A stretch of DNA of 64,000 bases from Klebsormidium nitens. Its lineage: Eukaryota; Plantae; Klebsormidiophyceae. The translations under genes were made by a program, and so were the position numbers. Numbering within the stretch: the first letter of the stretch is position 1; the number at the start of each line of letters is the position of its first letter. The DNA is taken from NCBI GenBank assembly GCA_000708835.1, contig DF237089.1, positions 113,591 to 177,590 on the forward strand, written 5' to 3'. This document shows positions 48,901 through 59,878 of the stretch, piece after piece. The notes below the pieces were generated by a model, which made no database searches, was not told where the DNA came from, and saw nothing but the letters and a program-made list of their open reading frames with translations.

Positions 48901-49112
48901 GTGTTAAGCAGAAGAAACGTCGACGGAAGCATTGCCGCGAGGGTTGCGCCGTAACCCACCGCTATCAGGTTTGCGACGGTTTGCTCTGAGCCCCCGAAGT
49001 GGGCAACTAGATATGGCAGGAGGGGGACTATAGCTCCGGCGATCATGGCGTCAAGGAAAAGGCCCGTGCTGACCAGGCCCCGGAGAACGGGGGCCAACCG
49101 GGGGGGCACCAT
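45950..49112 (-). pseudogene. MFS transporter paralog A (SLC18/DHA1-like) with two apparent frameshifts
   Basis: Collinear with paralog B (52143-55449). It has the same single phase-1 intron position (46270-46917). Frame breaks lie near 48090-48110 (stop at 48069) and at ~47065-47075 (11 nt versus 12 nt in B between two TAC codons). Confidence 0.7.
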
Positions 49113-52100
49113 GGTCACTGCAACGACGAGAAGAAATCTCTCACCGGGTGTTCGCTTGGCGCGCACCGCACTTTCAACGCATTTCTGATTGACTTTAGGT
49201 TCATTGCAGTCGTGAAAAGTGTCCATCTGCCGCCCTTTCTCTACGTGGTTCGCTGATTCGAGCTGAGGAATACAAACGCTGAGCGACAAATCTCAGCAAA
49301 CCTTGTTGCCTAGTTGCAAGTTTATCCGATAGAAAAGGTGCCTGAACACGTGATGATGATATCCACCGCAAATATTGTGCACACTACTAGGGGCTTGACA
49401 GGTTTTGAACGGCAAAGGTGCTTTGGTTTACCTGCAGATGTTCCCCACCCAGCGTGCTACCACTTCCGCCCACAAGCTGTCCAGCACGTTCTTTTCAAAC
49501 CCCGTTCTAACAGCAAAAGCAAAAGTTCCAGTGCCATTGCTGAGGGGAATTTCATGGCATTCCAAAGTTGGCCTGCCACTCGTTCTGAGAAGAGAAATGG
49601 ATGGGCTAATATGTGAAGACCCGCCAGAAGTTCCATAAGCTGAAAGCCTTTTTATGTACTCACATTTCTTGTATTAGCAATGGCTTCCGACCTTCTTATC
49701 TGCCACACTGGTCCCTGCAGGTGCACCACAGCATCGGTGAGGGATGCTGAGGCTTGCGAGCCGTATATTACAACGAGGCGACTAAATCTGCATTGCGGGT
49801 CGCTCAGCATGTTACGTAGCCCCCCGCACTGAGGGTTGACAACCGGATTCTGGTGCCATCCCTCGCTCTGGTGCTTGACATGACTTCGTGGGAAGTCGCT
49901 TGAGTCACATCCTTCGAATATCCCCCAACAACCGGGGTTCTCCAGTTCCCTCTGATCGAACGCAATCTCCATAGTGACGGTGAACTAAATACTGACGCCG
50001 GATCAGACTCAAGCCTTCTTGAAAGACGGCTATAATGCAGCAGCCTCCGTGTTGTCTAAGCTCGTAGGATGCTTCGACTCAGAAACATCTGAGAATCCAA
50101 GCAAAGTATCTAAGGATCCAGATCAAGCGCCGATTCAGTCGACGGTCCGGCTCCACTTCTCCTCTGTCAACTTGAGCAGTAATGCAGACTCTAGATACCA
50201 AATGTTATTCCAGCCTTCTGTCATTACAACTTACAAGCTTTCAAGCGCCGACTGTGATCGTGCATCAAATCCTACTCTATCGTATCAGATCAGGGGTCGG
50301 ATTGGAGTGAAAGACAATATCGTGATCTGACATGATTGATTCTAGGACCGGAATAGGCTGACTCAATGATCATATCGAAATTGAGAACGTGTGCAATCAT
50401 TGAATAGATAGCGTACACAAAAGGCAGACCTGTATTCTGGTCGAGGCCACTTGCTTCTGGAACTCAAAGATATTTTTAGTTTCAGCGTTGACCAGAGCCA
50501 TCATTGTTGAGCAGATACAGATCTGAAATGGAGTGACGCAACTATTGGAACCCGGCTTTGATACGCTGCAAGGTGGCCCACCATTTCGGATTAAACTAAA
50601 CGAATGCCAGATCTTCTTGACCAAATCACAATCCCGGACAGCATTCGCAGGCTGGTCAACGTTGCCCTTTTGCCCTTTCGTCAGACGGAAGTAGGACGGA
50701 AATAATGCCGGGACCTCGAAATAACCGGGAGTCGGATATCTACAGTCTGAACCATGCTGATTGATGATCGCACAGAGGTTGGATGCTATGTGCAAAGAGA
50801 GTCAATTGCAGGCGGGGTCCGTCAGGCACTGTCATGACTCGCTGCACGTCTGAAGCTTATTGATAACTCGCAGTGCATGATCCGGTACCCTATGGCACAC
50901 CGAAAAGTGCGGTAAATCTGTGTGTCAGATAAAGCCAGCCAGGGCCGAGGCCGGGGCCCCGCCGCCGACTTGGTAAGCTACCTAGCTATAGCCTACACTG
51001 CTACAGCCTGGGTGTGACGGTACGGTCACACTTCCCGGCCGACGATTGGAATCCTACCGACCTTCGCGCGCGCGCGTAGCTTTCAATGATTGCCATCGAC
51101 CCAGACCACGTGGCAGAAACCATTTCCTTTCAACACAGACCGTCCGATAAAGGGTGATCGTAACCCGGGGTTTGCCCGTTCCAACTATGTTCGAGCTACG
51201 GTGCTACGAGCTGGTCAGGAAAGGGTCAGGAATTCAGAATCAAAGGAAGGATCAAAGTGGTTGAAGTAGGTTCTCGCTCGTGGTTCACCACCGACTTCAA
51301 TTTAACAAGCACTGCCGCCTCAGACGCACGCTTACCCGGCAGCCGCAAAACAGTATTGTTTGTCATCATGTGCACTAAAGGAGCACAGAAGAGGATCCTT
51401 GGAAACAAAACCAAGCTTTCAAGCTGTCTGGTACAAGTATGGAATTGGTTTTATCATCATCACGCTCAATTCAATGGTGCTGCGCGCTGGCTTGCCAAGC
51501 ATTCCGAAGTATTTGAAGGGCCTTTGCGCATGCAACGATCCGCTTGATTAAATTCGAGGGGTCCGGAACCAGTGCATGTGCGGAAGCCTCATCAGTAGCT
51601 TAAGAACTCGAAGGTCTTAAAAGAAGAGAAACCTTGACGATTGATCATTCATCTTAATATTTTCAAACAGCCGCCGTGCATTTTGGACGTCGGAGTCAGC
51701 AACCGCAGTACTGTGACAAACCACCGCTTTTTGGGGCTTATAACTAGGCTGCCACTCGCTCGATTCTGACTGACTTAACGGTTTGAAACTAAATTGAAAC
51801 TAAGATGAGCTCTTAGGACTTCATCGGATTATGAAGGGGCCGTCTGGTCAAGGTTGGCAAATAGATTCAGGAGTAGGACGTGCCCTAGGTAACAACTCCA
51901 GGATACCTGCTGCCATAAAAGGCACTTGTGAGACAACATGGCTTCGGCGCACTCCACGTACTGATAAGAGAAATCAGAACGGGGGCATCGGAAATATTGT
52001 AGGTAGCACCGAGTGTTTGAGGTCATGCAACCCTTGTTTTGAATGAGTCTACGACCTCAGATTAGATTTCTAGCAACATGCGAAGCGCGCATTTCAACTG

Positions 52101-52142
52101 TGAACCGATCCGAGTTTGTCGAACCTCGAGCCCTTCAGAGTG

Positions 52143-55100
52143 TCATTCAGCATTCGCCTCCTCAGGGGCGCTCGTGCTACTTTGCCGTTTTATTCCTCCC
52201 TTCTCGGACTCGGTCCCTCTCCCTCTACTCAAGAACTCGACAACGTAGATCGCGCCCACTACAAGCGCCAGGAATCCGCTCAGGATCTGCAAGACTGTCG
52301 CCGATGACGTGGCATTCTTAAGTGACAGGCCGATGAAAGGCCCTACGATCATTCCCCCCGAGTAGAGAGCGTCATAAAAAATGACTGCAACCCCGTCGTC
52401 TTGACTTCCCCGAAGATTAAGGGCGCCCACGAGCCGGGGGAAAGTGGGACCCCCCATGAGCGCCATCCCAAAACCTGCCAGGGCAGAGATTCTCTTTGAG
52501 TAGGAGTATTTGGTCATGTCTTTGTGTTAGCTGCTTCCTCGTTTGAGCGTTTGCAGCAAAAGGCTGATTCTCGAGCGCACCCTTGATTGATGATCGGCTG
52601 CTCTTCAAGACCGGATAAGGAAAGATGAAAATATTCGAGTCAATTTCTATTTGAAGAAGCTCACAGACATCCTGCATTTGTGAAACCGTTGCACAGTATT
52701 CTTCATAAGTTCACAAATCACCCCCCCTCACTCGCTTTTCAGGAGGTATCGAGAACCACTCCGCAGGACGCTTGCTTTGCTTCTAGGTCTGAGGTATTAT
52801 GCAGAGTGACGTAACTTCTGGGAAAGCCCCTCGTTAATGTTTCATCCCTTTCGTCCGCAGAATCCACTGTCTGGCTCGAACACGCTGCCAGTGACGCTTG
52901 CAAACAATCACATTTCTCGTCAAAACAACGCCAGAGAAGCAGAGATCAGATTCGGAGTTGGATTAGGAGGACGTACCAATGGGGATTATCACCAGCATCT
53001 GAGCCCAGAGCGCGCACAGCTCGCGCATAGCCATCACCGGCATGACCACCCCCATGGCAACCGCCCCGAGAACCATGGTGTGAATATCCCCCACCCTCCC
53101 CACCAGCCACGTGGTCAGCCAGTACGCCGCGCCCGCGTACGCGAGCGCAAGCGCGCCAAAGATGAGCCCGCTCTCAGCGGCCGACACGTGGCAGGTGTCC
53201 AGGAGAAACAGCGGGATAACGGTGTCCACGGCGCCCATTACCACCGCCTCTGCGAAGACGACTAGGATGGCGGGGAAAGCGTGGGCGCTCAATAGGAGAC
53301 CGGCGACGGAACGGAGGACCGAGGGGGTTCTGCCTTTGGCCCCGGGTTTAGGAGACGGGTTAGTGCCCGCCAGCGCTCCGTTTGAGGCTTGGGAGCTAAA
53401 CCCGGGCTTTGATTCGGTTGCGCTTTCCGCTTCCCGCAAACGGCACAGAAGGTGAGGATCAGGGAGCGCCTCGGAAAGTTCTACCAGCGGACTTGGGCTC
53501 GAGTCGACATCAGATCCTCTCGGAAACGAAGAATTTGAGTCCCTGAAAGAGCCGCTGTCTCTACGCTGTCTCGTGGACGACGACTCGACTCCAGGCGAGC
53601 CCTTTTCTTCGTGGTACGATTCTGGCAACACGCGCTGCGTCACGTGCTTCTCGCGCTTGCGCCTGGAGCTTTGGATGGCAGCTGGTGTTAGGGCCGGCGC
53701 CGCGCTCTTGCCCGGGGTGTCTTGACACTCTCTAGAGACTTCGCCTCCGTTGAGCTTTTCATTGCTTTCGGCACAACCTCCGGTTGCAGGCCCCTCAACA
53801 CAAGCTCTCACTTGGACCTCCCGGTTCCCTTCTACACCTGTGCTTCTCTCCTCCTTTTCGACCCGTTCCCGAACGTTCGTGTCAACTTCTTTTGAACCAA
53901 AGCTCCCTCGCAGCTTGCTCAGACCCAAAATCTTCTCCGATCTGCCTTTGAGACCTCCGAGCATTTCCCCTGCACTAGTCTCATCAACGTCGCCCACTTG
54001 CCTCTCTCTGCTACTGCCCACGACTTCTGTGACGTCACGATCGTCAAGGTGGCTGACATCAACATTCACATCTTGTTTGTCGCCGGCACCTGCGACTTGG
54101 ATTGAAGCGCTTTGATCGCTCCCGTCACCAACCCTCTCGCATGCATCCGGCGCCCTGAGAATATCTTCCTCCGTGCCTCTCCCCGAATCCCCGGTCTCCT
54201 TTCCCGCGTCCCCAGTCCAACACGCCACCCATCGTTCCACACGGTCTGAGCTCAGCAGCAGAATCAGCGCCAGGATTGCTGCCGTCATAAGGCCGATGAT
54301 CAGGAAGGGCAGCCACGCGTCGACCAGACCGTACAGAATTGGGACGATGAACGGTCCGAAAACGTAGCCCATCGATTGGGCCGCAAACAGCAGACCCACA
54401 CCTTGGACCAACCCCGTCGACCCACTAGCCGAAGGCGTTCTGTCCTGCTTCTCTTTCTGCGTTTCTCGCTCTTGCTCTTGAGACCCCGTTTCGGGTGCAC
54501 AATCCGGCCTTTCCGTTCCGCTCCTTGCACTTTCTGACGGCTCAACAACCGTGCTCGAAAGTCTCTGCTCGACACGTAAAGGAACCAGAACGAGCGACGT
54601 GTTTGCAGCGGGAATGCCACCGAAAGTGGGCTTAGGGCCAACTAGGGATAGGGTCACCGGAACCGAGGGCTTTTCCGGTGGCTTCGGAAGAACCGGGGAG
54701 GTGTGCCTCCGGTCTAGTTCCGAAGGCGACCGCGGACTGGCGGGCGCACTCAGAGCGACGCCGGCTGATCCCCCCCGGGCGAATTGACCCCCCGTATACT
54801 TTCCGGAAACCGGTCCCACAGTAGCCGTCCGAAGGATGTCACTTCTTCCCAGAGTGAAGCTCAAACTGCGCAGAAGGTTCGACACCTCAGCTGCGCCACC
54901 CATCTCCCGGCCTATGAACCCGTAGTTAGCCAGAAGCGCGCGCGGGGAGAGCGCGCGAGGAGAAAGCGCGAGCTGTAAAACTTGCCACGGGGGTGCCGCT
55001 TGGGCTCCCTCCTCAGCTGTCTCCTCACCCCCTCCTTGCGAGGCTTCTGCTTGCGCTGCCCCCCCGGACTTGTGAAGTTTTGTGACCATGGCTAGTGCCG

Positions 55101-55449
55101 CCGCAAATATGAATTCGGAACTGACCCCCGTCAGAACCATCGCCCCGTAAAGCTGCCATAGGCTATAGTTGAGCCCGAGCAGGGCGCATGACACCAAAAG
55201 CGCGACGAGGCCCATTGCGAGCATGGGCAGGTGGCCGGTGTTAAGCAGCAGGATCGTCGAAGGGAGCATCGCGGCGAGGGTTGCGCCGTAACCCACTGCT
55301 AACAGGTTAGCGACGGTTTGCTCGGAACCCCGGAAGCGGACAACTAGGTACGGGAGAAGGGGAGTGATGGCGCCGGACGTCATAGCGTCCAGAAAGAGGC
55401 CCGTGCTGATGAGGCTCTGGACAACCGGGACCAATCGGGGCGACACCAT
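52143..55449 (-). CDS. MFS transporter paralog B (SLC18 vesicular amine transporter/DHA1-like), ~934 aa, 12 predicted TM helices
   Basis: Exons 52977-55449 and 52143-52474 (2805 nt, in phase). TM1 STGLFLDAMTSGAITPLLP, TM5 AAQSMGYVFGPFIV, TM7 FAEAVVMGAVDTVIPLFL, TM11 YSGGMIVGPFIG. Very long Ser/Glu-rich loops. Confidence 0.82.
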
Positions 55450-57617
55450 GGTTGCTGCAAAGAAGGGGAACGTATTTTCAGCGGGATAAGAGATTACGAA
55501 ATCCTTCTCTGAATTGGAGTTGAATTTTTGCTTGAAAGTTGTTGAAAGTATTTCGCTTCTGACAGTCTTCGAGATGGCATACCGTTGTGTTCTGTTCAAA
55601 CCTGCTCGATGTAGCAGAGCTGGCCGAATCTAGTTGGATCTTCGAACTGAATATCTACAGGACACCACTCAAAAATAGTTTTGCACTAGGTAGTTTTGCA
55701 CTGTAAAACAGAACCCATTAGCAGGTGGGCGTTAATTCAAAAAAACCAGGTCTTGAAGAGCTTGCCAACATTTCGGTGGTCAAAGGTCCAAGGAACAACT
55801 CAGAAGCGTGCTAAATCCTGACATCAGCGGATGATTGCATGACATGAAAGAATTACGACATTGGTGGTGTAACAGAGCTACTCCATACCTTGAACTACTT
55901 CTCAAGAGCTGCAAAAACGTACACGCAGAACCTTTCGAAGTTGACGTCGCACCCTTAAGCGACAACCCTACAGCTGCTCCAGACCGTCACGTGCTCAAGG
56001 ATTAACGCTCACCTTGTTTTGGATTGAAAAAGTTCGTCAGAGGTGCTTCCAACAAGGGCCGTTCCAAATCGACTTTGCACCGTAACCAGGCCGGACACCA
56101 AAACTTGACTAGTAGCCCGAAGCGTGACAAAACGTCCGAAATTCTTATGACTGACAACAGTTGTCATGCGGGTGCTCTCTTCGCTCAGATCAGCAGATTC
56201 ACCCATGGATCAGTAGTGGGCGCATGCTGATCTGTCCACAAAGCTGTCGGCCGCAATATGCGCAGAGTACTTGCGAGGCCCAATATCCGTATCTCTTGTA
56301 CCGGATAGAGTGCACGCCGTCTGTAAACATCAATTTTAAGTGACAGGATTTTACCCCCGAGGCACGTTACTGAAAATTGATGTCTTCAGGTCGAAGACCG
56401 GTGGGCTGATATCTTGTGTTGTGAACGCTCCTTTGGTCTTGAAGCACAGATATTGCGGCTTTATGTAAAGACTGACTGACAAAGATTCCATAACCACACC
56501 TGTCTTCCAATGCAACCCGGTTGCTCTTTGGAGGTGATCAAGCGAGTTGCATATTCGTGCCTACTTTGTCCTTCAGATCGTCCGGTATACTTGACACCGC
56601 AAACCCACTTACATTAGGCTAGCCCTGTGGGTCCAATAGCTAGTACTTGACTCGACAATACCTCGAGCGCTGCAAACCCAGAAGTGACCACATAACTACC
56701 GGTTAATTAAAAAGACTTGGTCTTCAGAATGTCACCAGCTGGCTCCAACGGTCTGCAAGGGATTGGCCGGTACTGAACGTGATTTCAGCTTGACATTCTT
56801 AACGCGGTATACCAGCTAACATCCAAGTGCAATCTGCATCTCACGTCTTTGATAGTTCAATACTGGTTCAAGACCCTGAAGACCTTCCCCGCTTCTGGCA
56901 TTCTGACAAGTTGTGCACTGATCTCGCCGTCGGAAGCCTTCGACGAAGTCTTTGCGCCTGAGCAGAAATTATTACGGGATCTGATTCAGTATTAATGAGG
57001 CGTAATTCTTATTGTAGGAGGACACGTGCATGCACAAGGCATGCATGTTGAATTTGTCTGAAATCTGGATCGTCGTCGTGTACGGGCGGCGGCGGCGGTC
57101 GACTGCTCCATCGATTTATACCTGTATCCATCAAATGGCGCGCGCGGACAGTACGAACGGTCACGTGGTCTAAGGTCTAGGTCTACGTGAATAGATCGAG
57201 ACCGTTCGATTTTAATGGATCGTTACCAATTTAATTAGTTCGAACTTTTGAAGTTCAACATTGAATCCGATCGGCAGCGTGGCCGCCGCAGCCGGCCAGC
57301 GGAGGGGCCGGGGCCGCCCCGCTGCCTGCCGCGCGCGCCAAAGCCATCGTGTACGGTCAGACGAACAGTCACGGTTGTCGCTCGACGGTTGGGGGGGGGG
57401 CTCGTGGCTGGTGGGGTCATCGGAATGCTCGCGCGTTGAGCGATGAGCAGTCAGCTGACGTGAGTCCGTTAGATTGCACAGGCACTTTGAGCACGGAATG
57501 CGTCATTCCGCATAAGCAGCGCCCGCTTATGGTCGGAACCCTGGCCCCGCGGCCGCCTGACCGCGGAGCAGCGCGCGGCCGCGACTAGCTGACTAGGCCA
57601 CTGAACAAGAAGACGTC

Positions 57618-58748
57618 TTGCTCAAACTTGAAGAAGACGTTCAGTTTGTTCTTAATAATATCACAGAAGGAAGCGCCTGTGGCGCCTCCGGACTTAGCTC
57701 TACGCTTCTTTCAATTGTCTATTTGGCGCGAACTAGGATGGAGAGAGAATTAGAGACCCTGATTGCCATTAAGGGGCTTCCTTGGTTAGTAGGGAAGGAC
57801 TTCCAGGTGATTTACGAAGGAAGACCTGTCCAAACTATTCTGTCAGAGATTCACCCTGATGGAACTTTCTCCGGAGTGGACGAACACGGTAACCGTTATC
57901 CAGGCACCATCGCTCCCGCGGATGTGCGGATCGGACGGGGTACTCGTCTGAACAACGACCCTGTGATCGAGACTCTAAAGGAGTACAAGTTAGAGTGGGA
58001 ACAGTACACGGTCGCCATTCCTGGCTTCGGTGCCTTCCCAGCGCCTCCGCGCGAGCAGCCACAGCAAGGTGTCCGTCCTGAGGGGCAGGCGGCACGGTTC
58101 GGAGTTCCCCCTTATGCACCAGGGTTTCATCAGGCGGGACAAGGGCAGGCTGAAGTCAGGCCCCCCCATGTCCAAATTCCGCAGCAGAATTACGCTTTTG
58201 GGATGAATCCTGAACAAACGCCGGCAGCGTTGGCTGCGCAGACGCCCGCCATGAGAATCCTGCAAGGGGGCCTGAACAACCCCTTTCACCCAGCCTCTAC
58301 CGCACGGCTGGAGAAGACGATCCGTCAGTTGGTGTCCAAAGGCACCTTGGAGTCTCATCTGACGTCAGTGCTGCGGGAGATCAACCCGAAGCTGCCCGCC
58401 TGGTCTACCAAGGCGGCCTATCTGTTTGATATCTACCAAGAGTCTGACTCCCAGGTAGCCCACTTGCTGTCAGCGGTATACTTATACGCTACGCGTCTCA
58501 ATTACGTCTCGCCGGACTTGGAGTGGCTCGCCAACGCCTTCGTGGCTGAGAGGAAGATGAAGATCGAGCAGGCGGGGGACAGCACCACGTGGTCTGCTGA
58601 GACAAGGGCGACGTTGGAAGCGGAGATTCGCCATGCTTTCTTTGAAAGCAAGGCGAAGGCAGATACGCTGCTCGGCAAGGGGGTGGTCCGCCCCCTCTTC
58701 GACCCGGACAAACCGCCCAGGTCAGACCTTCCTTCTCTTCTAATGTAA
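57618..58748 (+). CDS. Probable ORF1 (gag-like) of the downstream DIRS-like retroelement
   Basis: Intronless 376-codon ORF (first ATG 57738) with a Pro/Gln-rich middle part, directly upstream of and co-oriented with the RT ORF. The gag identity is positional inference only. Confidence 0.45.
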   Translation: MLKLEEDVQFVLNNITEGSACGASGLSSTLLSIVYLARTRMERELETLIAIKGLPWLVGKDFQVIYEGRPVQTILSEIHPDGTFSGVDEHGNRYPGTIAPADVRIGRGTRLNNDPVIETLKEYKLEWEQYTVAIPGFGAFPAPPREQPQQGVRPEGQAARFGVPPYAPGFHQAGQGQAEVRPPHVQIPQQNYAFGMNPEQTPAALAAQTPAMRILQGGLNNPFHPASTARLEKTIRQLVSKGTLESHLTSVLREINPKLPAWSTKAAYLFDIYQESDSQVAHLLSAVYLYATRLNYVSPDLEWLANAFVAERKMKIEQAGDSTTWSAETRATLEAEIRHAFFESKAKADTLLGKGVVRPLFDPDKPPRSDLPSLLM

Positions 58749-59878
58749 GCCTCATGGCTCCCCAATCAGATTCTGTGGAGTATTCGAATAGGTTATGTGG
58801 GAACTGAACGGTATTATGCAAGTCGATGATTCGAGTTGCCTCAAGAACGGATTCGTTCGGTCTGAATGCTTGGTCAGACACCCCAAAGATGGTCCCCTCA
58901 ATTTAGGCAAAGGTTCACTGAGGAAACTCTCGCTTCGAAGTAGCTTAGTTGACGAATGGTCTGAGCCCTGTGGGCCTGAGCTTTAGGCGACCTGGTTAGT
59001 TAAGATTCGGACTAAGTCGTGATATCTGGCTGTGCGAGCTGTTAAGAACGTCGTGCTCGATTCAGATTCCAGAGCCCTGTGGGCGCAGCTGAGAAAGTAG
59101 TTGACACGTGAGCATTTGAGCATGATGCTCGGCCATGTGTGCCGTCGGTCAGCGTGACGTCATCTGTGGGCTGAATGCCAAAGCCCTGTGGGCAGAACCT
59201 GGGGCAGAATTGCCGTCTTAGGAATCTAAAGGGGCATAGAGCCCGGCCATGTGTGCCATAGGTAGGCATAGACGCCTCTCAAAATGTGAGACAAGCCTAT
59301 AAAAGGCAGACATGTGTCCTGATGCCGGTTTGTGCCGGCTTGCAGGAGGAATAACAACAACAATCAAGGCAATTGGAACCAGGGCAACAAGAACGGCCCG
59401 CCGGGCGGAAGGCAGAACTTCGGAGGCGGACAAGGCGGCGGCCGCGCTAGGTTTGGCCGCGGCTTCAAAGGAGATAGGGACAATCAAGGAGAGCAGGGAG
59501 TAGGACAGAATAGAGGCAACATGTAAATTTACTGAGTGGTCGATAAGTTCGAAGATCACAGGAACATTACGTGCTTTGCAGAGTCGAATTACGAAATTAG
59601 ACGTAGATCAATGCAGGCAAGACGTAGAATGTTAGCGGTTCGGAGCTGGACAACGTAGATAGTCGCCACCGACACCTCAGAACTGATTAACGAGCCTCCT
59701 TTGAAAAATTAGAAGGTCGAGGGTGCGTCAGACATTTCATCTAGTCCGTTTGAGACGAACCTGGCAAATGTACCCTGAAGTTTTGCATATGTCACTTACT
59801 TTACTTCACAAGTGTATGGAATCACAAGTTTGATTACCGATGTAATACCGACCAAATCAGCAAGCACGCCTTTGGGAG

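Noticed and set aside
50930-51240. Possible ncRNA/tRNA (small hairpins, (CG)n run, gttcga word)
   Set aside because: No cloverleaf, box C/D or snRNA signature could be built.
55450-55599. N-terminal extension of MFS paralog B in the ORF track
   Set aside because: Begins at TTG and has no counterpart in paralog A. The ATG at 55449 aligns with paralog A's ATG at 49112.
58964-59193. CRISPR array interpretation of the regularly spaced 12-mer
   Set aside because: Eukaryotic context, a repeat too short, spacers too long, only three units and no cas genes.
59230-59330. Possible CCHC zinc knuckle at the end of the retroelement ORF1
   Set aside because: Only a GRHVS*C fragment with stops and frame ambiguity, which is too weak.
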